Below, one piece after another: positions 13,083 through 21,700 of a stretch of 64,000 bases of DNA. The DNA comes from Podarcis cretensis. Its lineage: Eukaryota. Every line of letters starts with the position of its first letter. Positions within the stretch are counted from its first letter, which is position 1. Under the pieces are notes generated by a model. It was not told the origin of the DNA. It saw only the letters and a program-made list of their open reading frames with translations, and did not search any database. The DNA is taken from positions 59,582,001-59,646,000 of the forward strand of contig OX638154.1 of the NCBI GenBank assembly GCA_951804945.1. Direction: 5' to 3'. The position numbers and the translations under genes are program-made.

Positions 13083-15364
13083 GGAGGCTCTATATTGCAG
13101 TGGTTCTGTTCTTCCTGTGTGTTCAAGCCTGGAAAGTAACATCAGGGGAAGTGCTTTTTGGCCTGGTCCTAATGCTATGGAGCTCAATAGGGCCCCATTT
13201 TGTCCCCAATGCTATTTATCATCTATATGAAGCCGTTGGGGGAGTACTCATTAGGGGTTTTGGAGCATGCTGCCGCCAGTATGTTGACAGCTCTGTTTCT
13301 TCATAACATCTAAAAACAGGAGGGGCTGTGCAAGCCCTGGATTGGCGCCTCAATGCAATGGTGGACTTGATGAGGGCTGATGAACTGAATTTGAACCCTG
13401 GGAAGAAAGGGTGGATAGGTGGTTCCATGTCTGGAAGATAGGGCCGTTGCCTGTTATGGTTGGGATTGCACTCTAAAGGAGCAGGTACACAGCTTTGGGG
13501 TTCTCCCAAGTATGTATTTGTCATTTCAAACCTGTTAGAGCACGGGTTCTGAAACTTAGGTCTCCGGCTGGTTTTGGACTACAGCTCCCATCATCCCTGG
13601 CCACTGCTCCTACCAGCTAGGGTTGATGGGAGTTGTAGTCCAAAAACAGCCGGAGACCCAAGTTTCAGAAACCCTGCATTAGAGGATACATCTTTGTGTT
13701 ATTACAGCCTCTGTAACAAGAGAGGAAAACCGGGATATAAATTTCCTAAATAATAATTGAGTGAGTGACCTCTGTGTGTGCCTAGGTGTGCCTTTTACCG
13801 GCCACTGTAGTTCACGAATTGGTAATCTCGAGACTGCATTTCTGCAATATGCTGCATGTAGGACTGCCCTTGGGCCTAGTCCAGAAATTCCTGCTGGTGC
13901 AGAATGGAGGCAGATGGCCGACTGCATGGGACACCTCTGCTAAAACATCTGCATTGGCTGCCCACATGCTTCCAGGCATGTTACAGAGAGGCCTGACTGG
14001 ACTCAGCTGGAAGCTGAGCATGCCATGTTGCTGGTCCCATCCTGTGGAACACTCCTCAAGCTGGTTAGGCAAGCGCCATGGCTTTCAAATTTTGAAGACC
14101 TGTGCATCTGCTAAATTTTTTTGGGTTGTTAGCCATTTTCATGATTATTTTGAAATGGTTTTTAATGGTTTTCATATTGCATGGTGGGCATTTTGTTGTA
14201 CATCGGCCTGATATTTTACGAGATGGGTGGCAGCATATAAATATTTTGATAAATAACAAGTAAGTAGCTGGGAAGCTGCCCTGTGGCCCATCAGATCCTC
14301 AGTGTCTGAAAGCTGTGGCCTTGGCAGGGCACATCCATGTGAAATGACAGCCTGACCTTTACGCCACAGAATATTTTCCCGGCGTGTGCACATGCGCATG
14401 CTCTCGCCCTCCCCCGCTCCTCAGGCTCATTTGGCAGCTTTGTGCGGATGCAGCTGGGAATGCCAGCATGTGTGTCATGGTCTGATAGTGACATGCCTCG
14501 TGGGCTGTTGCGCCGAAGGCTGAATGCATCGAAGAGTTAACTGCTGCCAACACATTTCCTTACTAAATGGTTCTGTGCATCTTGGAGGGTGCCTGTGGCG
14601 AGTGTAAAAACAGATATTTTTAAGAAATGAAATATGCAGCTTGAAGGGAAGAAAAGGAAAAGGCATTTATTTACCGAAGAAATAACTCCTCCGATTGGGC
14701 TATACTGGAGGAAAGGAGTTCCAGATGGCTGAATAATTTGTATTCTGAATTATCGGCAGAGGTAAACGCCCAAGAACAACAAAGCAATTTGCAGATTAGA
14801 AGGTGGTTCTTGCTGTTTGCTTTATCCTGACCAAGACCACCTGGGTGTGTGCACCATTCCGTTCCATGGAGAAACTGGCTGTTCCATCCATTGAAGTGAA
14901 TGGGGAAGCTCTTTAGAGTAAAGCAGTGCACCCATCAGAGAACCCCTCTGCCCACAGTGAACGTATGTGTTGGGCCAAGTATCTTCTGTGGGGCCTTTCT
15001 AAAAAAGCAGACATTTGCCTGCGTTTGCCTCTTGTTCTCTCTCTTTGGCAAGAGCATCAGACTCAGTTAAGTAGCCTGGATGTATAATAGATTACGGGGT
15101 ACAATCTAGCCAAAGTTAAGCACTTTTATGTCTCATTGAGTTCAATGGGAGAGATTCAAGCACGTGCCCAGGTGAGTGGAAGAGCAACACAACTGGATCC
15201 AGCCCCCTCACTTCTTACCAAACAGCTGATCAACTGTTAATGATTAAGTGAATTCCATCTAAATAGCTGCACAGAGAGCCAAAACACTGAGCTGTTAATT
15301 TCACAGCACACAAACATAATTCTATGATAACAGAAAGCAGAAAAAAATAATCGCCCAATCTAGT

Positions 15365-15408
<44 letters not shown>

Positions 15409-18386
15409 GCCGCTGTCAAATAATGCAGAGTAATATGCACGTTTCCATAGGAATTGCAGCCATGCTTCTGAACTCCAACCCTGACCTGCCCATCTCCGAG
15501 TTGAGGCAGAAGCTGATCCACTTCTCCAGAAAAAACCTCATCAATGAGGCTTGGTTTCCAGAAGACCAGAGGCTACTAACGCCAAACAGGGTAGCTGGGC
15601 TTCCCTCCAAACTGGTAGCAGGTGAGTGATCCTTATTCTCGCTGGCTTCATGCTTTAGTAGAAGAGCTTTGACAGGCCATGACAAGGGTCCATTTGACGT
15701 TCCCCTCCCCTCCCCCTGCCTTCCAAAATGCCACTTTTCCAGCTCAACTTTCGAGTGGTTCCCAAGCACCTCCCTGTGATGGGTCTCGTGAATACGTGTG
15801 TGTTCTCCAGTTGGCTGGACCAGGGAAAGAGCTGCACTCTGTGGGGCACTGCTAGGCACCTCTAATGGCCACGAGCCACTTCCTTTCAGATGAGCAGCTG
15901 TACTGTCGTTCCGTGTGGTCTTCCCTGTCGGGGTCAACCAGCAAGTCGATAGCTGCCGCCCGCTGCAACAGCAACGAAGAAATGTTCAGCTGTTCAAGCT
16001 TATCGAAGAATGGCAAGCGGCGAGGCGAGCGCATGGAGGTGATGTTCAGTGGGGGGCGAGGCTACGTTTTGGAGTTGCTGTTTTACATGCAGACACAAGC
16101 TTTTCAGTGGGTTATGGAGGCTTGCTGGCACTTCCCTGTGTCTCACTGCTGTGCTTTCCAAATTCCAGGATTACGGAGGCAAGAAGGAGTGCGTGGCTCA
16201 TAATCGATTTGGGGGGCAAGGCGTCTATGCCATTGCCAGGTGCTGCATTTGGCCCAAAGCCGACTGCCAGGTTCATGCCCACTCGCAGACTGCAGAGGGC
16301 ACGGCACTGCAGAGTGTCAGCTGCACCAAGGACGGCCATGTATTGACAGGTATGTGACGACAGCTATGATGGATGCAATCCATATTGTCGTGCCAAAGCA
16401 TCTTTCCCGTGTGGGCTCTGTGTTGCCAAGGAAGGTTCTGTGCAGGGAAGAGGACTCCCTTACTAGACCCAGACTTATGTGGCCAATAATGTGTTGTGGC
16501 ACACTTGCATATCTTATAGTTTGATGCAGCCACAGCCCCATCAGCATTGCACTGTGTGGGTTGGGATGGGCTTTCCCACCTGCCATCTTGGGACCACTGT
16601 GCGACATTTGCAAGCAACTCTTTCTGAGCTTGCATAGTTTGCACAATTAATAACTACCGGTAATGAAAATGGAACAGTTTATAAGTACAGTCGTACCTTG
16701 GATCCTAAACGCCTTGGTACTTGGACAGTTTGGCTCCCGAATGCTGCAAACCTGGAAGTGAGTGTTCCAGTTTGCGAACCTTCTTCGGAACCGGAACGTC
16801 TGACGGGGCTTCTGATTGGCTGCAGGAGCTTCCTGCAGCTAATCAGAAGCACCACTGAGGTTTCCGAACGTTTTGGAAGTTGAACGGACTTCCGGAATGG
16901 ATTCCATTCGACTTCCAAGGTACAACTGTATTTGCACTTGGGGAATTCTTCAAAGCTGGATAGAATTTATTTGGAAATTGACTAACACCTTTCTCTAAAC
17001 TCACACAAGCAGAGTTTTTTTTTTTTTTTAAGCTGCGGGAAAGTCAAGTACTGGTCAAGGATCCTTAAAACAGCATGTAAACCTATTGCATGGTCATGGC
17101 AACATCCGCACACATTGCTTATGCATGCACAATGCCCATGAGCAGTATAGTGCATGCACACCCAAGTGGGCAAAACAGCTTGTGGAAACAGGCCTTTCAG
17201 TAGGTCTGAACAGACAAGGCTGTATCCCACACTACTGCTTGGTCTTTTCAAGGACAGCAAATTGGGTGATTTGGGTTTATATTTGGGTTCTTGCAAACAA
17301 CAACATGTGGTAGGATGATGTGAATTGGAGTGGGTGGGGACAGACAAGCAGAATGTGATGCTGATGCAGAAACCTCTTCCATACCCCAGCTAATTTCTGA
17401 CCTGCAATATAAACCAAAGCAAACAGAACAAACAAAAATGGAGATTCCCAATGTGAACATTCCAAATCAACTTGTACCCATGATTGCATTCATCTACACA
17501 CCTGTGTCACTGAGCATATACCCTAATATGATCTAAACTGGCAGGTTGCAGCTCTCATTCTCTGGCTGGAGATTTCAGTGACAGCATCAGACCTGAACTG
17601 GGGACAGAAAGCCATCGTGACCAGTGTGTTGGCCAGGCAGGTGCAACCGTGCATGCTTCCTGCTGCCATGCGCCCAGCCTAGAGTGCAAGGTGCAGGAAT
17701 ACTCTTCTCTGGAGTACACAGCAAAGGTATGTGGGTGTCGTTCCTTTAGGGCATGAGTCACCAACCATTGTGGGTCCATGGGCTCATTTGCAACCTGGAG
17801 AAGCATGCACCCTACAACTTACTCTGCTGGCTATGACAGACAGCTTCTTTCAAGCCTAACTTCAACCTCTGGCAGAGTTTAATCACTTTTGGGCCTCAAG
17901 TGGAGGCCACTTGCCATATGATTACTGGAATTTGCTCCATGCCCAAGCTAACTAAGAGACCATGAGACCCTTCTGCACAATGATCTTGTGGTCTTTTAGC
18001 TGCAAGTCCATTTCTTTGGGCAGAGATACTTGAACCAGGCACAGTGGCAGAAGGGTTGTGGGATTCTCTGTATAAGAGGCTGCAAGGGAGAATGAATAGA
18101 CTTATTTGGGGATGCCACCTTTGGGGCTGCCTTATCTAGAGGTTTTCATCTTTGTCGGTGTTGACTAACCTTGCCTTCTCCATCACAGGTGATGGTGACT
18201 TGCGATGATGGCTGGACTTTGACAGGATGCAGTGCCCAGTCCCATGGCCCCAACACACTTGGGGCGTATTCTGTGGACAACACGTGCGTCGTCCTGAGCA
18301 GCCCAAGGGGCAAAGGAGCAGCAGCTCTGGCCATCTGTTGCAGAAAGAGACTCTTGGAAGATAAGCATGGTTCCAATTATAAGTGA
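282..18386 (+). CDS. PCSK9: Proprotein convertase subtilisin/kexin type 9, exons 2-12 (5'-partial; exon 1 lies upstream of the window)
   Basis: join(282..473,5316..5439,6897..7030,10003..10144,10871..11067,12409..12592,15451..15621,15890..16038,16169..16349,17545..17726,18189..18386) = 1854 nt, one open frame, all introns GT-AG. Contains the prodomain, [10 protein letters not shown] autocleavage site, catalytic D (LLDT), H (DSHGTH), S (SGTSQAA), oxyanion N (AAGN) and the Cys-rich C-terminal domain. Tail-to-tail with USP24 as in mammals. Confidence 0.98.
951..1088 (+). mobile_element. Sauria SINE, 5'-truncated
   Basis: Matches the 3' half of the copy at 57098 (ggccacatgacc...gcgagatgagcaccgca...gactggacctaatggtcaggggtccc); ends in an (ACCTTT)n tail. 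Confidence 0.85.
2484..2588 (+). mobile_element. Degenerate SINE: tRNA-Lys-like head plus CR1-type 3' tail (internally deleted)
   Basis: taactcaggcagtaaagcatgactcttaatctcagg...gggtttgagcc, then cccttccaactctacaagtctgtgattct. Confidence 0.7.
2685..2724. repeat. (AC)n(ACTC)n microsatellite
   Basis: Read directly from the sequence. Confidence 0.95.
4178..4256 (-). mobile_element. CR1-type 3' tail fragment (SINE/LINE)
   Basis: Reverse complement reads gattcctgcattgcaggg...actagatgacc...ttccaactctacaattct, the same tail as at 36614 and 51303. Confidence 0.7.
5316..5439 (+). CDS. PCSK9: PCSK9 exon 3 (autocleavage site)
   Basis: [41 protein letters not shown]; ag/gtaggt; 124 nt. Confidence 0.96.
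6268..6319. repeat. (TAT)n/(TAA)n microsatellite at a LINE tail
   Basis: Read directly from the sequence. Confidence 0.95.
6897..7030 (+). CDS. PCSK9: PCSK9 exon 4 (catalytic Asp; furin site RFHR)
   Basis: (N)[44 protein letters not shown]; 134 nt. Confidence 0.96.
7822..8153 (-). mobile_element. L2-type LINE 3' fragment
   Basis: Tail (tattatttataccc...ctctgggcggctt) plus ORF2-end sequence (tggtgggagggc...ggtgccactaccgagaaggccctctgcc), repeated at 12805-12880. Confidence 0.7.
8862..9257 (+). mobile_element. Sauria SINE, full length
   Basis: tRNA-like head with A box (tggcgctgtggg) and B box (ggttcgaatcc), (ACCTTT)n tail, exact 12-bp TSD taatggggaggg at 8850-8861 and 9258-9269. Confidence 0.92.
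9541..9771 (+). mobile_element. Tc1/mariner (Tigger/pogo-like) MITE
   Basis: TIRs cagtggtaccttgggttaa / ttaacccgaggtaccactg, flanked by TA on both sides; 231 bp. Confidence 0.88.
10003..10144 (+). CDS. PCSK9: PCSK9 exon 5 (catalytic His)
   Basis: [47 protein letters not shown]; 142 nt. Confidence 0.97.
10871..11067 (+). CDS. PCSK9: PCSK9 exon 6 (oxyanion Asn)
   Basis: LEFIKKTL...LLPLAGGYS...[20 protein letters not shown]; 197 nt. Confidence 0.97.
11815..12091 (+). mobile_element. hAT-type non-autonomous DNA transposon
   Basis: TIRs cagaggttggca / tggcaacccctg, subterminal ggccc repeats, 8-bp TSD ctctaaac / ctctaaat. Confidence 0.8.
12409..12592 (+). CDS. PCSK9: PCSK9 exon 7 (catalytic Ser; LDLR-binding loop)
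   Basis: VITVGATN...[38 protein letters not shown]; 184 nt. Confidence 0.97.
13052..13081. repeat. (GT)n microsatellite
   Basis: Read directly from the sequence. Confidence 0.95.
13541..13676. mobile_element. Palindromic hAT-like MITE
   Basis: ~55-bp arms (gggttctgaaacttaggtctccggctggttttggactacagctcccatca / tgatgggagttgtagtccaaaaacagccggagacccaagtttcagaaaccc); degenerate 8-bp TSD tgttagag / cattagag. Relatives at ~5116-5217, 19560-19678, 41690-41810, 53570-53695. Confidence 0.8.
15368..15405. repeat. (AC)n microsatellite just upstream of PCSK9 exon 8
   Basis: Read directly from the sequence. Confidence 0.95.
15451..15621 (+). CDS. PCSK9: PCSK9 exon 8
   Basis: [56 protein letters not shown]; 171 nt, phase 1-1. 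Confidence 0.96.
15890..16038 (+). CDS. PCSK9: PCSK9 exon 9 (C-terminal domain)
   Basis: [10 protein letters not shown]...[21 protein letters not shown]; 149 nt. Confidence 0.95.
16169..16349 (+). CDS. PCSK9: PCSK9 exon 10
   Basis: [26 protein letters not shown]...GHVLT; 181 nt. Confidence 0.95.
16688..16928 (+). mobile_element. Tc1/mariner (Tigger-like) MITE, second family
   Basis: TIRs cagtcgtaccttgg / ccaaggtacaactg; TA TSD; homologous to 42860-43109. Confidence 0.88.
17545..17726 (+). CDS. PCSK9: PCSK9 exon 11
   Basis: CSSHS...[35 protein letters not shown]; 182 nt; absent from the ORF track in this frame. Confidence 0.94.
18189..18386 (+). CDS. PCSK9: PCSK9 exon 12, coding part with stop
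   Basis: [15 protein letters not shown]...[12 protein letters not shown]...[18 protein letters not shown] (TGA 18384-18386). Confidence 0.96.
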   Translation: MMVTCDDGWTLTGCSAQSHGPNTLGAYSVDNTCVVLSSPRGKGAAALAICCRKRLLEDKHGSNYK

Positions 18387-20706
18387 CAGACCTGTTCCCA
18401 CCCCACCCTTTACTATCTATCCCTGGAACTACTGTGTTAAGACCACACACCCATAACATCACCCTAGTGAAGAAGATATTCTTCCAGGTGGGACTCTAGA
18501 AAGCATTTGGGGTGACCTTAGTAGAATGCTCCGAGTTTACCAGTTTGCCAATAGTACCACCATCTTCACTATGGGGAGATGGTTCTAGTGATGCCCTCTC
18601 AGTAATACCAATTGAGATGCATCCACAGAATGATGTTGACAGTAGGTTAGTCAATACTTCCCCTATCTGCCTTTTATATGTATGGCCAGCCACTTCCAGC
18701 CCTTTAGCATGTGTGACAGCATCGGCTCCTTCCAAGTTTCTTCTTGTCCCAAAACTGCAGGGTAGCCAACCATACTCCTTATTGATGTGAACCACCCAGA
18801 GTGGTTTCATGAAAACAGCATGGATTGGGCAGTGCTCTGGGCTCAAAGTGACATTAATGCACATACATGCATTCACTTAATGTGTTTGACTTCTATGATT
18901 TTTGAAGAACTGTTCAGTATTTCTTCAAAAGCTGGGGATAAAGAAGAAGAATGGGAGCTTTGGAGAGGACAACAGGTTTTTGTGGGACCTCAACCCCTTC
19001 ATGGTGTCTGAGGTGTAACCAGCAACTCCCCTTTTGCAGTAATTAGCAGCTTTTGAACTAAATGTTGAGTATCCCCCTTAAGACTTTTAATTTGGTAGCT
19101 GAAGCAGGATTTTGGATGGATATAATCAACTAAGTAACTGCATGAGAGCTTATGCAGTGGGACTGCCCCTCCTCCATATGTGCCCTGTGGTGCCCCCAAA
19201 TCTACTGCAGAGGGCTGAGGGAACTCTCAGAAGAGATATAGGGTGCGGGGCAGGGGGGAAGAAGGCCCCATTATGCAAACGGAAGCTGTTCCACTCACGC
19301 AATAAGTTTCCTACAACTCCATGTCATGCATTGTATGCTCAGCTTCTCCCCCTCAAAGGGGTCATTCCTTGTTTTAAAAAACCATTTACTATGTTAAGTA
19401 GCATTGTACCTATCAGGCCAGTCGTGTTTTGTAAACGTTTTGTTTTCACCTTCTCTCCCCAGCAAACATGGTTAACAAGGTTACTTGTCCAAGACAGAGT
19501 AGGAAAATAAGGTTAGTCCAGAAGACCCTCTCCTGGGATTCTTAAGCCATAACCTTTTACAGGAGGGAAGGGGAGCCTGTGGTCCTCCAGTTGTTGCTGG
19601 ACCTACAACCCCCATCTTTCCTGACCACTGGCCATGCAACTGGGGAGTCTTGGGAGGTCCACAGGTCCCCCACCCCTGCCTAAGCACAGAGAAAAAGTTC
19701 CAGTGCCTAAAAATTCTCTCCTGTGTTAAGGCTGAGGGATCTCAGTATCTTGCTGTGGTTTAGCAAAGATTGGGGGAGTCGTCATGCCCATGGATGGGCA
19801 GCATTCAGCTCATACAAACACACCCCTGCATTCCTTCAATATTTCAAGTTCTAAAGTGCCTTACAGACCCCATTTGCAATAATTAACAGAGAGCCTTGCA
19901 AATTTAAAACCCTCCTCCCTGAAAACAGGGAGTGGTCAGGATGACTTCTGATGCTGCCTTCTAACCTAGAAATGCCCCATCTACAAGGGCTGTTTACTGT
20001 GATCCCATGTTAAGGCGGCCATATTTAATTGGCCACTGTTGCCCCTACCTGTAATTGCGGAAGGCACTGCAAAAGTCATCAGCCGAGGTAGAGGGAACAG
20101 TTCAGATTTCATTGTTGGCCTCCAAGAATACCACAGAGTTGTTGAAGAACATTTCTTTAGATAAAAGTACCCAAAGCACTTAAGATTCAGGAGACCATGA
20201 ACTATTATTGGCCATAAACCACACTTGAGATACTGTGAAGTCAAGCACACTGTCAGCAATTTCGGCCAAATAGTTTGGTTTACTGATAAAGCACTTGGTA
20301 GCTACAATTTTAATTTTTGTTTTAAGCAGGAACAAGTCCTTCCCTCCTTTGGGTTTTTAGTCAAGTTTCCCAACTGCTTACATAATCAAAACTTTATCTG
20401 TTGATGTATGTTAAAATAGTATGTTAAAAATACTCTGACAGACCAATCCTTCCCTGTTTTCTCAGAAGTGAGGCTTACTTTCCAGGTAAGTCTGCATAGG
20501 GCTGCAGTCTAAACAGCTTTTTCATGAGTAATGTAGACAGCATGTTATACTTTGTAAGTGTTTTTGAACTAACACACATATTAACTACTGTAGATAGGTG
20601 CTTAATGTAAAGAAAAGCTTTCCTCGTGCTGTGGGTTTTACATTTTTATCTGGAAACTATTTATTCTGTTTTATATAAAACATTTTATAATGCCATCTTT
20701 TTTTGG

Positions 20707-20712
20707 AATAAA
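20707..20712 (+). promoter_or_regulatory. Candidate PCSK9 polyadenylation signal (AATAAA); implies a ~2.3 kb 3' UTR
   Basis: First + strand AATAAA I found after the stop, in a U-rich context. Confidence 0.6.
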
Positions 20713-21694
20713 GTTTCATATGAATTTTCTTGGGAACGCATAACTGTGTAGCCTCCGCTTAAGCAGAATATTAACTACAGGTAACACAACTTACGCACAT
20801 TTAACTTGTGTGCATTCAGCTTGGCTTTTTTAAAAAAACAAAAACAAAACAAAAACCTGGCAGTCCTGCCAACCATTTGCACCCAATGTGTTTTGACTAG
20901 ATGCATTCTTATTGTTAGACAGCTACCTGACATGACAAAGGTACAGATTTCTGCTAGTCTTCAGTGGAAATCTGAAGTATAGAGCAATTTCCTGAGTAAA
21001 AACACCAGCAAAATGACATCTGACCTCTTTTCACAACCTAATGATCAGACTGGTCCTTTTTTGTGTGTGAGAGGAATAAACTTTATTCCATTGACCAGGA
21101 TTTCCCCCCATGAGAACTGCCTTTTCTTTTCCAGTACCAAGTGCCTTAGGAATTAGTTGGACAAATCCACACACAGCTAAGAGTGCACAGTTGAATCGCA
21201 GCTGCCACCCCACCCCATAGAACATTCCATTAAACATATATCATATCCATTTTTCATCCAAAAAGACTGGCAGTAAAAGTGATCACAACATAGAAACATG
21301 TCACAATTTACACAGCAAACTAGATTTGTTGCATTTGGTTTTTTTAAAAAAATATTCTTCAGCAGATTCAAGTGATAGCAGCCAGAAATCAATAATCAAC
21401 CAATTGTTGTAGTTGAAAACAGTAACCATCAACTCTGTACAAGCAGAAAGAGGACCAGAAAACAGCCTGCAATAATGTTATAATGTATGGTGGTAAAACA
21501 GAACATTCCTGGGGTTGAACGTTCTGTTTCAGTCTGAAAAGAGACCATCTTTTCCATAGGAAATGATGGAAGCGCCAATGCCTTTGGACAAACAGGAGTG
21601 ATACTTTTTAATATCACCTCTGTTAACACTCGCTTCTGGTTCAACTTAAAAGTGAAGATAGGTGCTGCAATAAAAATGGGGTGGGACATCAAAA

Positions 21695-21700
21695 TTTATT
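21695..21700 (-). promoter_or_regulatory. Candidate USP24 polyadenylation signal (AATAAA on - strand)
   Basis: TTTATT on + strand at the distal end of the AU-rich, repeat-poor stretch after the USP24 stop; alternatives at 22688, 22511, 21082, 20660. Confidence 0.45.

Larger units (their letters stand above)
12915..14260 (+). mobile_element. Highly degenerate L2/CR1-type LINE ORF2 (reverse transcriptase) remnant, interrupted
   Basis: Residual RT motifs [21 protein letters not shown] (cf. LLDLSAAFDTIDH), [21 protein letters not shown] (cf. YADD) and [14 protein letters not shown]; frameshifted; interrupted by (TG)n and a MITE. Confidence 0.7.

Noticed and set aside
14381-14420. NRF1-like motif (gcacatgcgcatgc) with a G/C run in PCSK9 intron 7
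   Set aside because: Single imperfect motif with no CpG island; not enough to call a promoter or enhancer
15416-15937. 173-aa antisense ORF over PCSK9 exons 8-9, and similar antisense ORFs
   Set aside because: Shadow frames of GC-rich coding exons; no motif or independent support
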